DNA of 63,949 bases, filler included, from Acidimicrobiia bacterium (GTDB lineage: Bacteria > Actinomycetota > Acidimicrobiia > Spongiisociales > CAZKJJ01): assembly GCA_046759765.1 (NCBI GenBank). It is 4 parts of 4 records of this genome, joined end to end, with 100 filler letters (N's around TTAATTAATTAA, not from the genome) between each part and the next. Parts side by side here need not be neighbours in the genome. Positions count along the whole stretch, not along the records: positions 17,824 to 35,105 come from JBHICV010000040.1; positions 35,206 to 52,477 come from JBHICV010000041.1; 2 more parts are not named here. One strand, given 5' to 3'. The position numbers and the translations under genes were made by a program. Under the pieces are notes generated by a model. It made no database searches. It was not told where the DNA came from and saw only the letters and a list, made by a program, of their open reading frames with translations. Below, piece by piece: positions 28,669 to 40,934 of the stretch (the first letter of the stretch is position 1; each line of letters opens with the position of its first letter).

Positions 28669-29646
28669 TCAGTACTCCTGTCTCACCGCCTCCCGGATAG
28701 CGCGATAGCTGTCGTAGCGCGAGGCAGCGATGGAACCGCGCTTCAGGGCATGTCTGATCGCGCAGCCCGGTTCCTCGAGGTGTCGGCAGTCTCTGAACTG
28801 ACATCGGCCGAGCAATTCGCGCAGCTCCGGCATCAGCGCAACGATGTCGTCGGGGGAGACACCCCATAATCCGAAGTACTTGATTCCCGGCGTATCTACC
28901 ACCCTGCCTCCGTTGGGAAGCTCATGCATCTCGAGGTGAGTCGTCGTGTGGCGACCCTTTTGGCTGGACTCGGACACTGCAGCCACATCTATCTCGAGCC
29001 CGGGGGCAATGGCGTTCAGCAGACTCGATTTGCCGACTCCCGACATGCCAACCACTACGGAAACGTTCCCAGCCATGGCCGCGCTCAGGCTGTCGACGCC
29101 GTGGCCCGTCACCGTCGAGGTCTCGAGCGTGGTGTAGCCAATGCCTCGATACACCTCTGCCTCGGGAAACTCGTCGATCAGATCGAGCTTGGTGAAGCAG
29201 ACCACGGGCGTTATCGCGGCCGCTTCCACCGTGACGAGCAGCCGGTCGAGCAGCTGCCAGTTCGGCGCCGGGTGCGAGACGGACACCATCGCTACGACCT
29301 GGTCGACATTGGCCACGATCACCTGCCTGCGCGGCGCACGGCCGGCCGCTACCCGCGTTAGCTCATTGCGGCGTGGCAAGACGGAGCGGATGAGGCCGGT
29401 CTGGTCGGCTCCTTCGATGAATGAGACCAGGTCTCCGACTGCGACTGGATCGACGTCGGATATGTCTGCAACTCCCAGCGCCCGTGCCGTAGGTCGCGAG
29501 CTCTCGGCAGCCGACTCGAAGCGAATGAGTTCCTTTCGGAGGGCGTTCGAAGGAGAGCACGCGAACTCATGACCGTTCGATTGAACTCGGTACTCGCCCA
29601 GCTGTTTCCGCGTCACGAGGCCTTGGCGCGTGTCGCCTTCTGTCAT
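28669..29646 (-). CDS. rsgA: Ribosome small subunit-dependent GTPase A
   Basis: VANVDQ, TKLDL, GMSGVGKSS, GRHTTT, DTPG, C-F-DC-H-EPGC. Confidence 0.93.
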   Translation of the reverse strand: MTEGDTRQGLVTRKQLGEYRVQSNGHEFACSPSNALRKELIRFESAAESSRPTARALGVADISDVDPVAVGDLVSFIEGADQTGLIRSVLPRRNELTRVAAGRAPRRQVIVANVDQVVAMVSVSHPAPNWQLLDRLLVTVEAAAITPVVCFTKLDLIDEFPEAEVYRGIGYTTLETSTVTGHGVDSLSAAMAGNVSVVVGMSGVGKSSLLNAIAPGLEIDVAAVSESSQKGRHTTTHLEMHELPNGGRVVDTPGIKYFGLWGVSPDDIVALMPELRELLGRCQFRDCRHLEEPGCAIRHALKRGSIAASRYDSYRAIREAVRQEY

Positions 29647-29741
29647 GCTGCTCCAGGTCTGCTTTCGATCCCGCGTGCCGTTGAGGAGGATCCCTAACTG
29701 GCTGCTCTACCCTAAGGGCGCCGAGGAGGTGCGCACCGGAA

Positions 29742-30866
29742 ATGGTATCGAAGGCGGACGTCGACCGTTACCTGGACAACATCCAGGAAGAGGTCGATGC
29801 TGCCTTCCTCTATCGGCTGGTGGCCGACCGGGAGTCGGATCCCGACCTCCAGGAGATCTACCGCAAGTTGGCCCAGGCGGAGGAGCGGCACGCGGCCTTC
29901 TGGGAAGTCCAGCTGGCGGAGGCCGGGGAGAAGGTCCCGGTCCGTGCGCCGACTCGCCGCGTACGTTTTCTGGGCTGGCTGGGCCGTACTTTCACCACCA
30001 AGCTGATCGTCAATGTGATGGCCTCGCTCGAGACGGCCGGGCAGACCCGTTACGACGATCAGCCCGAGGCCGAAGGATCGATCCTTCCTGCCGACGAGCG
30101 AAGCCACGCTCGTCTCCTCAAGGAGTTAAGCGGCCCTCCTGCCAAGGGGTTCGGAGGTCTGCACGGTCGGCTGGAAGGGCGCCATCGGGCCGTCGGCGGA
30201 AATGCCCTGCGGGCGGCGGTCCTTGGCGCTAACGATGGCCTCGTCTCCAACCTGAGCCTTGTCATGGGCGTCGCGGGAGCAACGGCCTCGAGGACCGCGA
30301 TCCTCATTGCAGGATTGGCTGGTCTTCTCGCCGGGTCGATCTCGATGGCTCTCGGAGAGTGGATTTCAGTCAAGAGCTCACGGGAGCTCTATGAGCAGAA
30401 GCTCGCAGGAGAACGAGAGGAGCTCCGCGCGTTTCCGGACGAGGAGCGCGACGAGCTCGTTCTCATCTACCGATCGAAAGGGATCCCCCCCGAGCTAGCT
30501 GAGGAGCTAGCCACCACGATCATGAAGAACGAGGAGCTGGCTCTCGACACCATGGCGCGCGAGGAGCTCGGTATCGATCCCGAGGAGCTGGGTGGCTCCG
30601 CTTGGGAAGCCGCCATCGCCTCGTTCTTTCTCTTCGCGTTCGGCGCCATCATCCCGGTTATCCCATACTTCTTTGCCGAGGGCCCGACGGCTCTCGCTAT
30701 CAGCGTTCTTGTCTCCGCCGTTGGGTTGTTTGTCATCGGAGCCGGGATCAGTCTCATCACCGGACGCAGCGTGTGGTTCTCCGGCCTACGTCAGCTCGGC
30801 TTTGGCATGGCGGCGGCCGCCCTCACCTTTGCCATCGGCAGTCTTCTGGGTGTGACGCTTCTCTGA
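29742..30866 (+). CDS. Rubrerythrin/ferritin-like domain + VIT1/CCC1 iron transporter
   Basis: E-D...Y...E-RHA-FW, DERSH; LRAAVLGANDGLVSN, SMALGEW. Confidence 0.9.
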   Translation: MVSKADVDRYLDNIQEEVDAAFLYRLVADRESDPDLQEIYRKLAQAEERHAAFWEVQLAEAGEKVPVRAPTRRVRFLGWLGRTFTTKLIVNVMASLETAGQTRYDDQPEAEGSILPADERSHARLLKELSGPPAKGFGGLHGRLEGRHRAVGGNALRAAVLGANDGLVSNLSLVMGVAGATASRTAILIAGLAGLLAGSISMALGEWISVKSSRELYEQKLAGEREELRAFPDEERDELVLIYRSKGIPPELAEELATTIMKNEELALDTMAREELGIDPEELGGSAWEAAIASFFLFAFGAIIPVIPYFFAEGPTALAISVLVSAVGLFVIGAGISLITGRSVWFSGLRQLGFGMAAAALTFAIGSLLGVTLL

Positions 30867-30922
30867 GGTAGCACCCGGGTACTGGCTCAGCTAGACATCG
30901 TGGCCATGGCACGCAAGGTTTC

Positions 30923-31693
30923 GTGATGGGTGCTTTGGACGACGTCGATCTGACCCTGCACCTGAAGAAGAAGGAGTACCGCCATCGCCTGGAGGAGGCA
31001 CAGGAGCGACTTCTTCAGCTCCGGCTGTATCTAGGGGCACAGACCGGCGAACAAGAGCTGGGCCCTCCCGTATGTGTTCTCTTCGAAGGATGGGACGCTT
31101 CCGGTAAGGGCGGTGCTATCAAGCGGCTCGACGCCTATCTTGATCCGCGTCATGTGCGGGTCGTCCAGTTCGCGGCGCCGACGCCCGACGAGCTTCGTCA
31201 CCACTGGTTGGCTCGGTTCTGGCCTGTGCTCCCGGGCTGGGGAGGGATGGCCATCCTCGACCGATCTTGGTATGGACGTGTGCTCGTGGAGCGGGTCGAA
31301 GGCTTTGCCAACCGGGACGAGTGGAGTCGGGCTTTCGCCGAGATTGTGAGCTTCGAAGAGATGCTCGCGGCAGAGGGCGTGATCCTCGTCAAGTTCTGGA
31401 TGCATATCTCCCATGAGGAACAGCTCCGTCGCTTCGAGGCTCGGCGAGAGAACCCTCTAAAGAAGTGGAAGCTGACGGATGAGGACTGGCGCAATCGGGA
31501 CAAGCGCGGCCTATATGAGGAGGCGGCGGAGGATATGTTCGCCAAGACCGACTGGCCTGGTGCTCCATGGCACATAGTGGCCGGGGACTCGAAGCGATAC
31601 GCGCGGGTCTTTGTGATCGAAACGGTCAATCAACGGATCAAAGACGCAGTCCGCGACCTCGGACGGGATCCGCCTGAAGCGTTGTCTGGATGA
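30923..31693 (+). CDS. ppk2: Polyphosphate kinase 2 family
   Basis: FEGWDASGKGG, DRSWYGRVLVERVEG, WKLTDEDWRNR. Confidence 0.92.
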   Translation: MMGALDDVDLTLHLKKKEYRHRLEEAQERLLQLRLYLGAQTGEQELGPPVCVLFEGWDASGKGGAIKRLDAYLDPRHVRVVQFAAPTPDELRHHWLARFWPVLPGWGGMAILDRSWYGRVLVERVEGFANRDEWSRAFAEIVSFEEMLAAEGVILVKFWMHISHEEQLRRFEARRENPLKKWKLTDEDWRNRDKRGLYEEAAEDMFAKTDWPGAPWHIVAGDSKRYARVFVIETVNQRIKDAVRDLGRDPPEALSG

Positions 31694-31716
31694 GGTAAGT
31701 CGGTAGCCTCGCCGCC

Positions 31717-33043
31717 GTGGCCGGGCCGAAGAGCACTCGCCGCGATCGGATACTCCGCAAGATCGCCTTCTGGGCGGTGAAAGGCCTGTACCGGTCGGTC
31801 GATGTCTATTACGCGGATGGGTCACGAACCGAGGGTCCGCAACTGGCGGTGGCCAACCACTTGGAGGATTTAGCGATCCCGTTCTCCTTCTTTATGCCAT
31901 GGAGCGCAGGCCTCGATTCCTGGCCCAAGACGGAATCTGGAAGGTGCCGGTGGCGAAGCAGCTGATGAACTACGTCGAGGCCATCCCCGTTCACAAGTCG
32001 CGCGAGGAAGGTCGCCTCCGCAACGACCAGATGTTCGCATCCTGCTACAAGGCGCTGGCGGAGGGAGAGCAGCTGACGATCTTCCCCGAAGGGACGACAA
32101 CCGACGATCCATCGATTCTCAGGCTCAAGACAGGTGCCGCTCGGATTGCACTCGGAGCGAGGGTGAACGGGGCCGACGGCATCAACATCATGCCTATCGG
32201 TCTTCACTACGAGGACAAGGCCGCGTTTCGTTCCCGAGCGTTGGTGAATTTCGGACCAGCGCTGGACCTCGATACCAACATCGACCGGTATGTCGAGAAG
32301 GATGAGGCAGCCGATGCTTCCAATCGCAAGGCTGTCCGCCGGCTGACCGAGGACGTCGATCGTCATCTTTGCAACGTCGCTCCCGACTTTGCCGACTGGC
32401 GAGAAGCACATCACCTGACCACGGCGGCCGAGGTGGCAATCAGATCTTTCGGCGGAGACACGCCTCGCGAGGTTCCTTACGGAGGGCGCTCCCGGTTGGC
32501 TTCGAGGCTTGCGGCGGGAGCTGCCGAGGAGAAGGAGCCGCTCGTCGAGGCTGCCGCCGTCTACCGGACAGACCTGGACGCCCTCGGGCTGACCGACCGG
32601 CAGGTAGCCGAGCGGATGACGGCCGCTAAGTTCCTTTGGTACCTGGTTCGGAGTCTTTTGCTCGGCTGGTGCTCCTGCCACTGGCTCTGGTGGGAGTTGC
32701 TCTTTATTGGTTTCCGGCGCTACTGGTCTGGGCTATCGGAAAGCGAGATGTATCTCCGGCGCTCCTGGCCACGGTCAAACCGCTAGCGGCAATATCGGGC
32801 TTCGTTCTCGTTGTGGGCCTGGCGGCCTGGGCTGCCGCCGGTGACTTCGGCTTGACCGGGTTGTTGGCTGTGTTGCTGCTGACACCGGTCTATCTGGCGG
32901 CACTCATACTTCTTTCTGAGCGAATCGTTCTGCTCTGGAGGGCGTGGAGGTCCTGGCGGCGCCCGCGCCGGCAGAGCGACATCTTGGAAAAGGTCATGAC
33001 CGACCGCGAGAGACTGGTCGAGGCGGTGCGAGAGGCGCTCTAG
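31717..33043 (+). pseudogene. PlsC-type acyltransferase with two frameshifts
   Basis: NH..DP motif split at ~31861; FPEG and LKTGAAR in second frame; TM tail continues in a third frame from ~32668. Confidence 0.8.
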
Positions 33044-33045
33044 CG

Positions 33046-33099
33046 GCATTTCGTGTCAATCCGAGCCGCGCAAAACGCGGCTGAGATTGACAGGAACGC
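33046..33099. repeat. Extragenic palindrome copy 5
   Basis: GCATTTCGTGTCAATC-CGAGCCGCGCAAAACGCGGCTGA(23)-GATTGACAGGAACGC; inner hairpin AGCCGCG/CGCGGCT. Confidence 0.9.
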
Positions 33100-33103
33100 A
33101 GAC

Positions 33104-35105
<2,002 letters not shown>

Positions 35106-35205
35106 NNNNNNNNNNNNNNNNNNNNNNNNNNNNNNNNNNNNNNNNNNNNTTAATTAATTAANNNNNNNNNNNNNNNNNNNNNNNNNNNNNNNNNNNNNNN
35201 NNNNN
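35106..35205. other. Artificial contig linker
   Basis: N-TTAATTAATTAA-N, 100 nt. Confidence 0.98.
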
Positions 35206-35207
35206 GC

Positions 35208-36680
35208 GCCGACCTCGTCGGCAAGGTCGAAGCCGGGATTCCCGAGGACGACCCGCGCAACCCGGCCGTGATCGCGGACGCGGTGGGTGACAACGTCGGC
35301 GACGTGGCCGGAATGGGGGCCGACCTCTTCGAGAGCTATGTCGGAGCGATGATCGCACCGATTGCCTATGCCGCGATCGTCTTTGTGGGTCGTGACTACA
35401 TCTCCGAAACGATCCTTTTTCCCCTCGCGGTGGCGGCTCTGGGAATGCTCGCTTCGATTCTGGGATCGTTCCTGGTTCGGCCGCGAGGTGACAACCTCGC
35501 AGCCGCGCTCCATCGTGGAACCTACGGAGCGGCCATCCTCACCGCGCTCGGAGTTCTCGGGCTCAGCCTTTGGGTCTTCGGAGACGTCGCCGACAACCCG
35601 CTGGGCATCTGGCTGGCGGTCGTCGTTGGTCTGGCCGTTGGTTTGGTCGTCGGCCAGATCTCGGAGTGGTTCACCTCCGATCACTATCGGACCGTGAAGG
35701 AGATCGCGAGGCAGTCGGAGACCGGACCCGCCACCGTAATCCTGTCCGGCGTTGCGGCGGGAAAGCGGTCCGCGGCCTTCTCCGTGATTGTGGTCGCGGT
35801 GGGCATCGCCGGGGCTTTTGCGGCCGGTGACTGGGCGCTTGGAGACGGCGGCGGCGTCTACGGGGTGGCGGTTGCGGCCATCGGCGTGCTCGCGACTCTG
35901 GGAATAACGGTCTCGGTCGACGCGTACGGCCCGATTGCTGACAACGCCGGCGGCATCTCGGAGATGGCCCATCTGCCGGAGGAGGTACGGCAAGCGACCG
36001 ATGCTTTGGACTCACTTGGGAACACGACTGCGGCCATTGCCAAGGGTTTCGCGATCGGATCGGCCGCGGTCACCGCGCTGGCTTTGTTCTCTGCCTTCAC
36101 TCAGGCGGTCGGGTTGGAGGCAATTGACTTAACCGAGGTTGAAGCGACGGTCGGACTTTTCCTCGGAGCGATGTTCCCGTTCCTTTTCGCGGCTCTAACC
36201 ATCAACGCCGTCGGCAGGGCGGCCAACAAGATGATCGAGGAGGTGAGGCGACAGTTCCGCGAGATCCCCGGACTGCGAGAAGGACTCGAGGGGGCCGAAC
36301 CCGAATATACCCGCTGCGTCGACATTGCTACCGCGGCTGCGCTGCGGGAAATGGTGCTCCCGGGCGCGTTGGCCGTGGCTCTGCCCATCGCGATCGGATA
36401 CGTCAACACCGAGGCGCTTGGCGGCTTCTTGGCCGGAGCTCTCGTGACCGGCTTCCTGCTGGCCATCTACATGGCTAATGCGGGCGGGGCCTGGGACAAC
36501 GCCAAGAAGTTCATCGAGGCCGGCGCCTTCGGCGGCAAGGGCTCCGATTCCCACAAGGCGGCCGTCATCGGAGACACCGTGGGTGACCCTTTCAAAGACA
36601 CGGCCGGCCCGGCGATGAACATCGTCATCAAGGTCATGATGATCGTGTCGTTGATCTTTGCGGCCGCCTTCATCAGCTAG
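35208..36680 (+). CDS. hppA: Membrane-bound ion-translocating pyrophosphatase, K+-dependent type, 5'-partial
   Basis: ADLVGKVE-IPEDDPRN, DNVGD, GNTTAA (Ala marks K+-dependent type), GDTVGDPFKDT. Confidence 0.95.
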   Translation, partial: ADLVGKVEAGIPEDDPRNPAVIADAVGDNVGDVAGMGADLFESYVGAMIAPIAYAAIVFVGRDYISETILFPLAVAALGMLASILGSFLVRPRGDNLAAALHRGTYGAAILTALGVLGLSLWVFGDVADNPLGIWLAVVVGLAVGLVVGQISEWFTSDHYRTVKEIARQSETGPATVILSGVAAGKRSAAFSVIVVAVGIAGAFAAGDWALGDGGGVYGVAVAAIGVLATLGITVSVDAYGPIADNAGGISEMAHLPEEVRQATDALDSLGNTTAAIAKGFAIGSAAVTALALFSAFTQAVGLEAIDLTEVEATVGLFLGAMFPFLFAALTINAVGRAANKMIEEVRRQFREIPGLREGLEGAEPEYTRCVDIATAAALREMVLPGALAVALPIAIGYVNTEALGGFLAGALVTGFLLAIYMANAGGAWDNAKKFIEAGAFGGKGSDSHKAAVIGDTVGDPFKDTAGPAMNIVIKVMMIVSLIFAAAFIS

Positions 36681-36734
36681 TACCGCGGCTGCACGCTAGA
36701 TAGCCGGCGGCACCGTAATAACTACGATGCCGGG

Positions 36735-37178
36735 ATGTTGGTGCGCGCCCTCGTTCCCGCAGACTTTCTTGCTGCCCTCGAGCGCGTTGATGAATGGTGT
36801 GGCGAGACGGTTCACGAGCCGGTCCCTCCCGTCTTCTTCCATCACTTCGGCGGCTACGCAGTCGTCGAGGACGATGAGCTGATCGGTTTGCTTATCGGCT
36901 TCCGCTCCTTCACCAACAGAGATGTCGCCTACATACACTTCACCGCGGTTCACCCGGAGCGAAGGGGAGAGGGAATCGGCAGCAATCTCTACGAGCGGTT
37001 CGAGCGTCAGGCCCACACCTGGGGAAGCACCTGGATCGAGGCAGTGGCCGACCCCGAGAATCAATCGGCGGTTGATTTTCACGAGTCCAAAGGCTTCTGG
37101 AAAGAGCTCGTTCCCGACTGGGCAGGACCGGGAAGCGACCGCTGGGTCCTGCGGAAGCGAATCGCTCCCGCTCTGTAA
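36735..37178 (+). CDS. GNAT acetyltransferase
   Basis: YIHFTAVHPERRGEGIG-LY, N-SA-FH-GF. Confidence 0.88.
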   Translation: MLVRALVPADFLAALERVDEWCGETVHEPVPPVFFHHFGGYAVVEDDELIGLLIGFRSFTNRDVAYIHFTAVHPERRGEGIGSNLYERFERQAHTWGSTWIEAVADPENQSAVDFHESKGFWKELVPDWAGPGSDRWVLRKRIAPAL

Positions 37179-38293
37179 TGGAAGTCACACTCGTTCGTCA
37201 CGCCCAGACGTCCGCAAATGCGGCGGGGGTCCTGCAGGGCCAGGGACAAGGCAGCCTGACCAGTCTGGGCGAGGAGCAGGCCGAAGCTCTCTCCGATCGA
37301 ATCGATGTCTCCGACTACGACGTGTTGTTGGTCTCCGACCTCGATCGGGCGCTGGCCACCGCAGACGCGCTCGGTGAAGGGTTCGTTGCGTTGCAGACAT
37401 GGCGGGAGCTGAACCTAGGAGATTGGGAAGGAATGACGCGGTCTGAGGTTCGGGAGGGTTACGCGGAGGAGCTCGAACGGATGCGGAGCGGCGAGGACAT
37501 CCACTTCGGTGGCGGCGAGAGCTGGGAGGAGTTCTCGAACCGGGTACGGAGTGGCTTCGATGATCTCTCCGATGGCATGGAGGAAGGACAGAGAGGACTG
37601 GTAGTCACGCATGGCGGAGTTATCAACGAAGTGCTCAGACTTGTGGGCGGGCTGCCGGAGAGGTCAGGTCGGTTCGGTCGCTCGGCCAACACGGGTATAA
37701 CACGCCTTGTCAGGGAGCATGGCGCCTGGTCTCTGGCCGTCTTCAACGACGCCACCCACCTCCACTCCGACCCGCCCTACCTCCGCGAACGTATCGAACG
37801 GGGGAGACAGGCCGCCTTCCTGATTCGGCACGGTGAGACCGATGCCACCGACGGCCGAGGGGAGGGCGAGTCCGATCAGGGGCTGAATGCGGTTGGGCGG
37901 TCTCAAGCCGATGTCCTCAGTGACCGCGTTGACGCTCCGGTGGTGTTCAGCTCACCTATGGAAAGCGCGTGGGAGACCGCCTACGCCCTGAACGGCTCGG
38001 ATCCAGTGCGACTCGCGGAGCTGACCGAGATGAGAAAGGGGACTGAGGGCGAGACGTGGAAGGAGGTAGGGACCAGGATGAACGAGGGCATCGAGGCGGC
38101 CTTGTCGAGCACCGACGAGGCCCGCGTAGCGTTCGTCAGCCATGGTCCTGCCATTCGCGCTTACTTGAGTCGGATCCTGCATCTACCTCAGCGGAAGAGA
38201 AACCGGCTGGCTCCGGTGGAGAACGCCTCGGTTTCGAGTCTCGTCTTCGAAGAGCGAGGACCGGTGATCGCGAGCTTCAACGTCACCTTCTGA
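37178..38293 (+). CDS. Tandem two-domain histidine phosphatase
   Basis: RHAQT...VTHGG and RHGET...VSHGP. Confidence 0.88.
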   Translation: MEVTLVRHAQTSANAAGVLQGQGQGSLTSLGEEQAEALSDRIDVSDYDVLLVSDLDRALATADALGEGFVALQTWRELNLGDWEGMTRSEVREGYAEELERMRSGEDIHFGGGESWEEFSNRVRSGFDDLSDGMEEGQRGLVVTHGGVINEVLRLVGGLPERSGRFGRSANTGITRLVREHGAWSLAVFNDATHLHSDPPYLRERIERGRQAAFLIRHGETDATDGRGEGESDQGLNAVGRSQADVLSDRVDAPVVFSSPMESAWETAYALNGSDPVRLAELTEMRKGTEGETWKEVGTRMNEGIEAALSSTDEARVAFVSHGPAIRAYLSRILHLPQRKRNRLAPVENASVSSLVFEERGPVIASFNVTF

Positions 38294-38308
38294 GAGAACC
38301 GCCTACTA

Positions 38309-40870
38309 CTACTTCTTCTTCTTGTCCCGTGCCTTGCGAGCCTCGAGCAGCTCGACCGCTCGCTCCAAGTCCACCGATAGAGGATCGTCGCCCTTCCTCA
38401 GCGAAGCATTTAGCTCTCCGTCGGTCACGTAAGGCCCATAGCGGCCCTCCCGGAGCACGATCCTCTTGCCCGTTGACGGGTGCTCGCCGATCTCACGCAG
38501 ATCGGCGGCCCGTCCCCGGCGGCGAGGCGGAGGCGGACGGCTGAACAGGTCGACGGCTTCGTCAAGCGTGACGGTGAATACCTGCGCGGTCTCGGTGAGA
38601 CTGCGCGACTCTGATCCCATCTTCAGGTATGGCCCGTAGCGTCCGAGGTTGGCGGTGATTTCGCTGTTCTTGTTCGGATGAATACCGACAACTCGGGGCA
38701 GGCTCAGCAATTCGAGCGCAGCCTCGAGCCCTACTTCGTCCAGCTCCATGCCATCGGGCACCGATACCGTCTTCGGTTTGGTCCCGTCTTCGATCTCCTC
38801 CGCTCCTCCCAGCTGGACATAGGGGCCAAACCGCCCGGAGCGAGCCAAGATGGTCAGCCCTGTATCGGGATCTGTTCCAAGGATCTTGTCGCCTGAGGGC
38901 GCATCGAGTAGTTCCGTCGCTACCACCAGCGTCAGCTCGTCGGGCGCTAGTCGCTCCGGAATCGAGGCGGTGTCGTCCCCCCGCTGGAGGTAGGGTCCGA
39001 AACGCCCGACTCTCGCCACTACCTTTCGCTCATGACTGTCAGTCCCGATCAGAATGGAGTTGACCTGTCGGGCGTCGATCTCCGCCAGGCGGTCGGCGAC
39101 CATGTCTCGCAAGCCACCGTCTCCGTTACCGAAGTAGAAGCCACTCAACCATGGCACCGAGGCCGTCTCGCCTTTGGCGATCTGATCGAGGTCGTCTTCC
39201 ATTCGCGCCGTAAACGTGTAGTCGACGAGATCGGGAAAGTGCCCTTCCAGCAGCGCAACCGTCGCGAAGGCCAAATAGGTCGGAATCAGCGCGGAGGCGC
39301 GCTTCCAAACGTAACCACGATCCTGGATGGTGGAGATGATCGACGCGTATGTAGATGGGCGGCCGATGCCTAGCTTCTCGAGATTGCGTACGAGCGACGC
39401 CTCCGTGTAGCGAGCGGGAGGCTTGGTTGCGTGACTTTGTGCTTTCAGATCCCGAACCGTCACCGCGTCCCCGTTCTCCAGGGCTGGGAGCGGCCTCTCC
39501 TGGTCATCACGGTCGGCGCGCGGATCGTCACGGTCGACGACGTAGACGGAGAGAAAGCCCAAAAACGAGATGGTGCGCCCCTTCGTAGCGAAGGACACCT
39601 GACGACCGGACCGCGTGGCCAGCCGGACCTGCACGCTTTCCCCGCGTGCGTCCGCCATCTGGGAGGCGATCGTGCGCTTCCATACGAGCTCGTAGACCCG
39701 GGCTTCATCGCTGCCCACCTGACCGGCGACATCTTCCGGATCTGAGAAGGTCTCGCCCGCCGGTCGGATCGCCTCGTGCACTTCCTGGGCGTTGCGGACC
39801 TGACGGCTATAGGTCCGAGGCTTCTCTGTCAGAGACTCGGCTCCATAGCGTTCGGCGATGATTCGTCGGGCTTCAGCGACCGCACGTTCCGCCAGGGCGG
39901 TCGAATCGGTTCGCATGTACGTTATGAAGCCGCCCTCGTAGAGGCGTTGCGCGGCGGCCATGGTCCGTCCGGCCGTGAATCGCAACTTTCGAGCTGCCTC
40001 CTGCTGGAGCGTCGACGTTCGGAAAGGCGGATAGGGAGAGCGGCGATAGGGCTTTCGCTCCACGGACTCCACGTAGAAATCGGAGTCTCGGAGCTCGGCG
40101 GCTAGCTCCGTTGCAGTCCGCTCATCGAGGACTAGAACGCCTTCGCCGGCTTTGGCGTCCGGACCAAAGTCGCGGCCTGTCGCCACCCTTACGTCGTCGA
40201 CCGAGGCAACCGTCGCTTCGAAGGTCGACTCCTCCTTGGAAAATGTCGCGGCGATGTCCCAGTACGAAGCAGAGTGGAACCGGATTCGTTCCCGTTCCCG
40301 TTCGACGATCAGACGGACTGCTACTGACTGAACGCGGCCTGCGGAGAGCTTGGGCCTTATCTTCTTCCACAGGACCGGAGAGACCTCGTAGCCGTAGAGC
40401 CGGTCGAGTATTCGCCTGGCTTCCTGCGCGTCCACCAGGTGCATGTCCAGCTCCCGGGGATCCGAAATCGCGTCTCGGATGGCTTGCGGGGTTATCTCGT
40501 GGAACACCAACCTCTTGATCGGAACCTTGGGCTGCAAGACCTCGGTGAGGTGCCAGGCGATCGACTCGCCCTCCCGATCTTCGTCGGTCGCCAGATACAG
40601 CTCGCTGGCGTCCGTCAGAACATGCTTGAGCTTGCGAACCTGATCGCGTTTTTCCTTCGGAACGACGTAGAGCGGCTCGAATTCCTCGTCGACGTTGACT
40701 CCGAGCCGAGCCCAAGGCTCCTGCTTGAGCTTGGCCGGGATCTCCGAGGCGTTCCGCGGCAGGTCCCGAATGTGTCCTACTGACGACTCGACAACGAAGT
40801 CGCGGCCGAGTAAGCCCGCGATCGTGCGCGCCTTAGCTGGTGACTCGACTATGACCAGTGACTTCGACAC
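38309..40870 (-). CDS. topA: DNA topoisomerase I
   Basis: IVESPAKA, ATDEDREGE, SAGRVQS, ITYMRTDS, actinobacterial GR(F/Y)GPY C-terminal repeats. Confidence 0.97.
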   Translation of the reverse strand: MSKSLVIVESPAKARTIAGLLGRDFVVESSVGHIRDLPRNASEIPAKLKQEPWARLGVNVDEEFEPLYVVPKEKRDQVRKLKHVLTDASELYLATDEDREGESIAWHLTEVLQPKVPIKRLVFHEITPQAIRDAISDPRELDMHLVDAQEARRILDRLYGYEVSPVLWKKIRPKLSAGRVQSVAVRLIVERERERIRFHSASYWDIAATFSKEESTFEATVASVDDVRVATGRDFGPDAKAGEGVLVLDERTATELAAELRDSDFYVESVERKPYRRSPYPPFRTSTLQQEAARKLRFTAGRTMAAAQRLYEGGFITYMRTDSTALAERAVAEARRIIAERYGAESLTEKPRTYSRQVRNAQEVHEAIRPAGETFSDPEDVAGQVGSDEARVYELVWKRTIASQMADARGESVQVRLATRSGRQVSFATKGRTISFLGFLSVYVVDRDDPRADRDDQERPLPALENGDAVTVRDLKAQSHATKPPARYTEASLVRNLEKLGIGRPSTYASIISTIQDRGYVWKRASALIPTYLAFATVALLEGHFPDLVDYTFTARMEDDLDQIAKGETASVPWLSGFYFGNGDGGLRDMVADRLAEIDARQVNSILIGTDSHERKVVARVGRFGPYLQRGDDTASIPERLAPDELTLVVATELLDAPSGDKILGTDPDTGLTILARSGRFGPYVQLGGAEEIEDGTKPKTVSVPDGMELDEVGLEAALELLSLPRVVGIHPNKNSEITANLGRYGPYLKMGSESRSLTETAQVFTVTLDEAVDLFSRPPPPRRRGRAADLREIGEHPSTGKRIVLREGRYGPYVTDGELNASLRKGDDPLSVDLERAVELLEARKARDKKKK

Positions 40871-40934
40871 AGGGGGACAGTTAGTCAGCCGAGGCTGAGC
40901 CTGTCAAGGATGGGCACCATTAACGTGGCGGCGC

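Noticed and set aside
35268..35310. hppA motif reads IADAVGDNVGD instead of the common IADNVGDNVGD
   Set aside because: The acidic catalytic residues are retained and this position varies in the family; not evidence of altered function.
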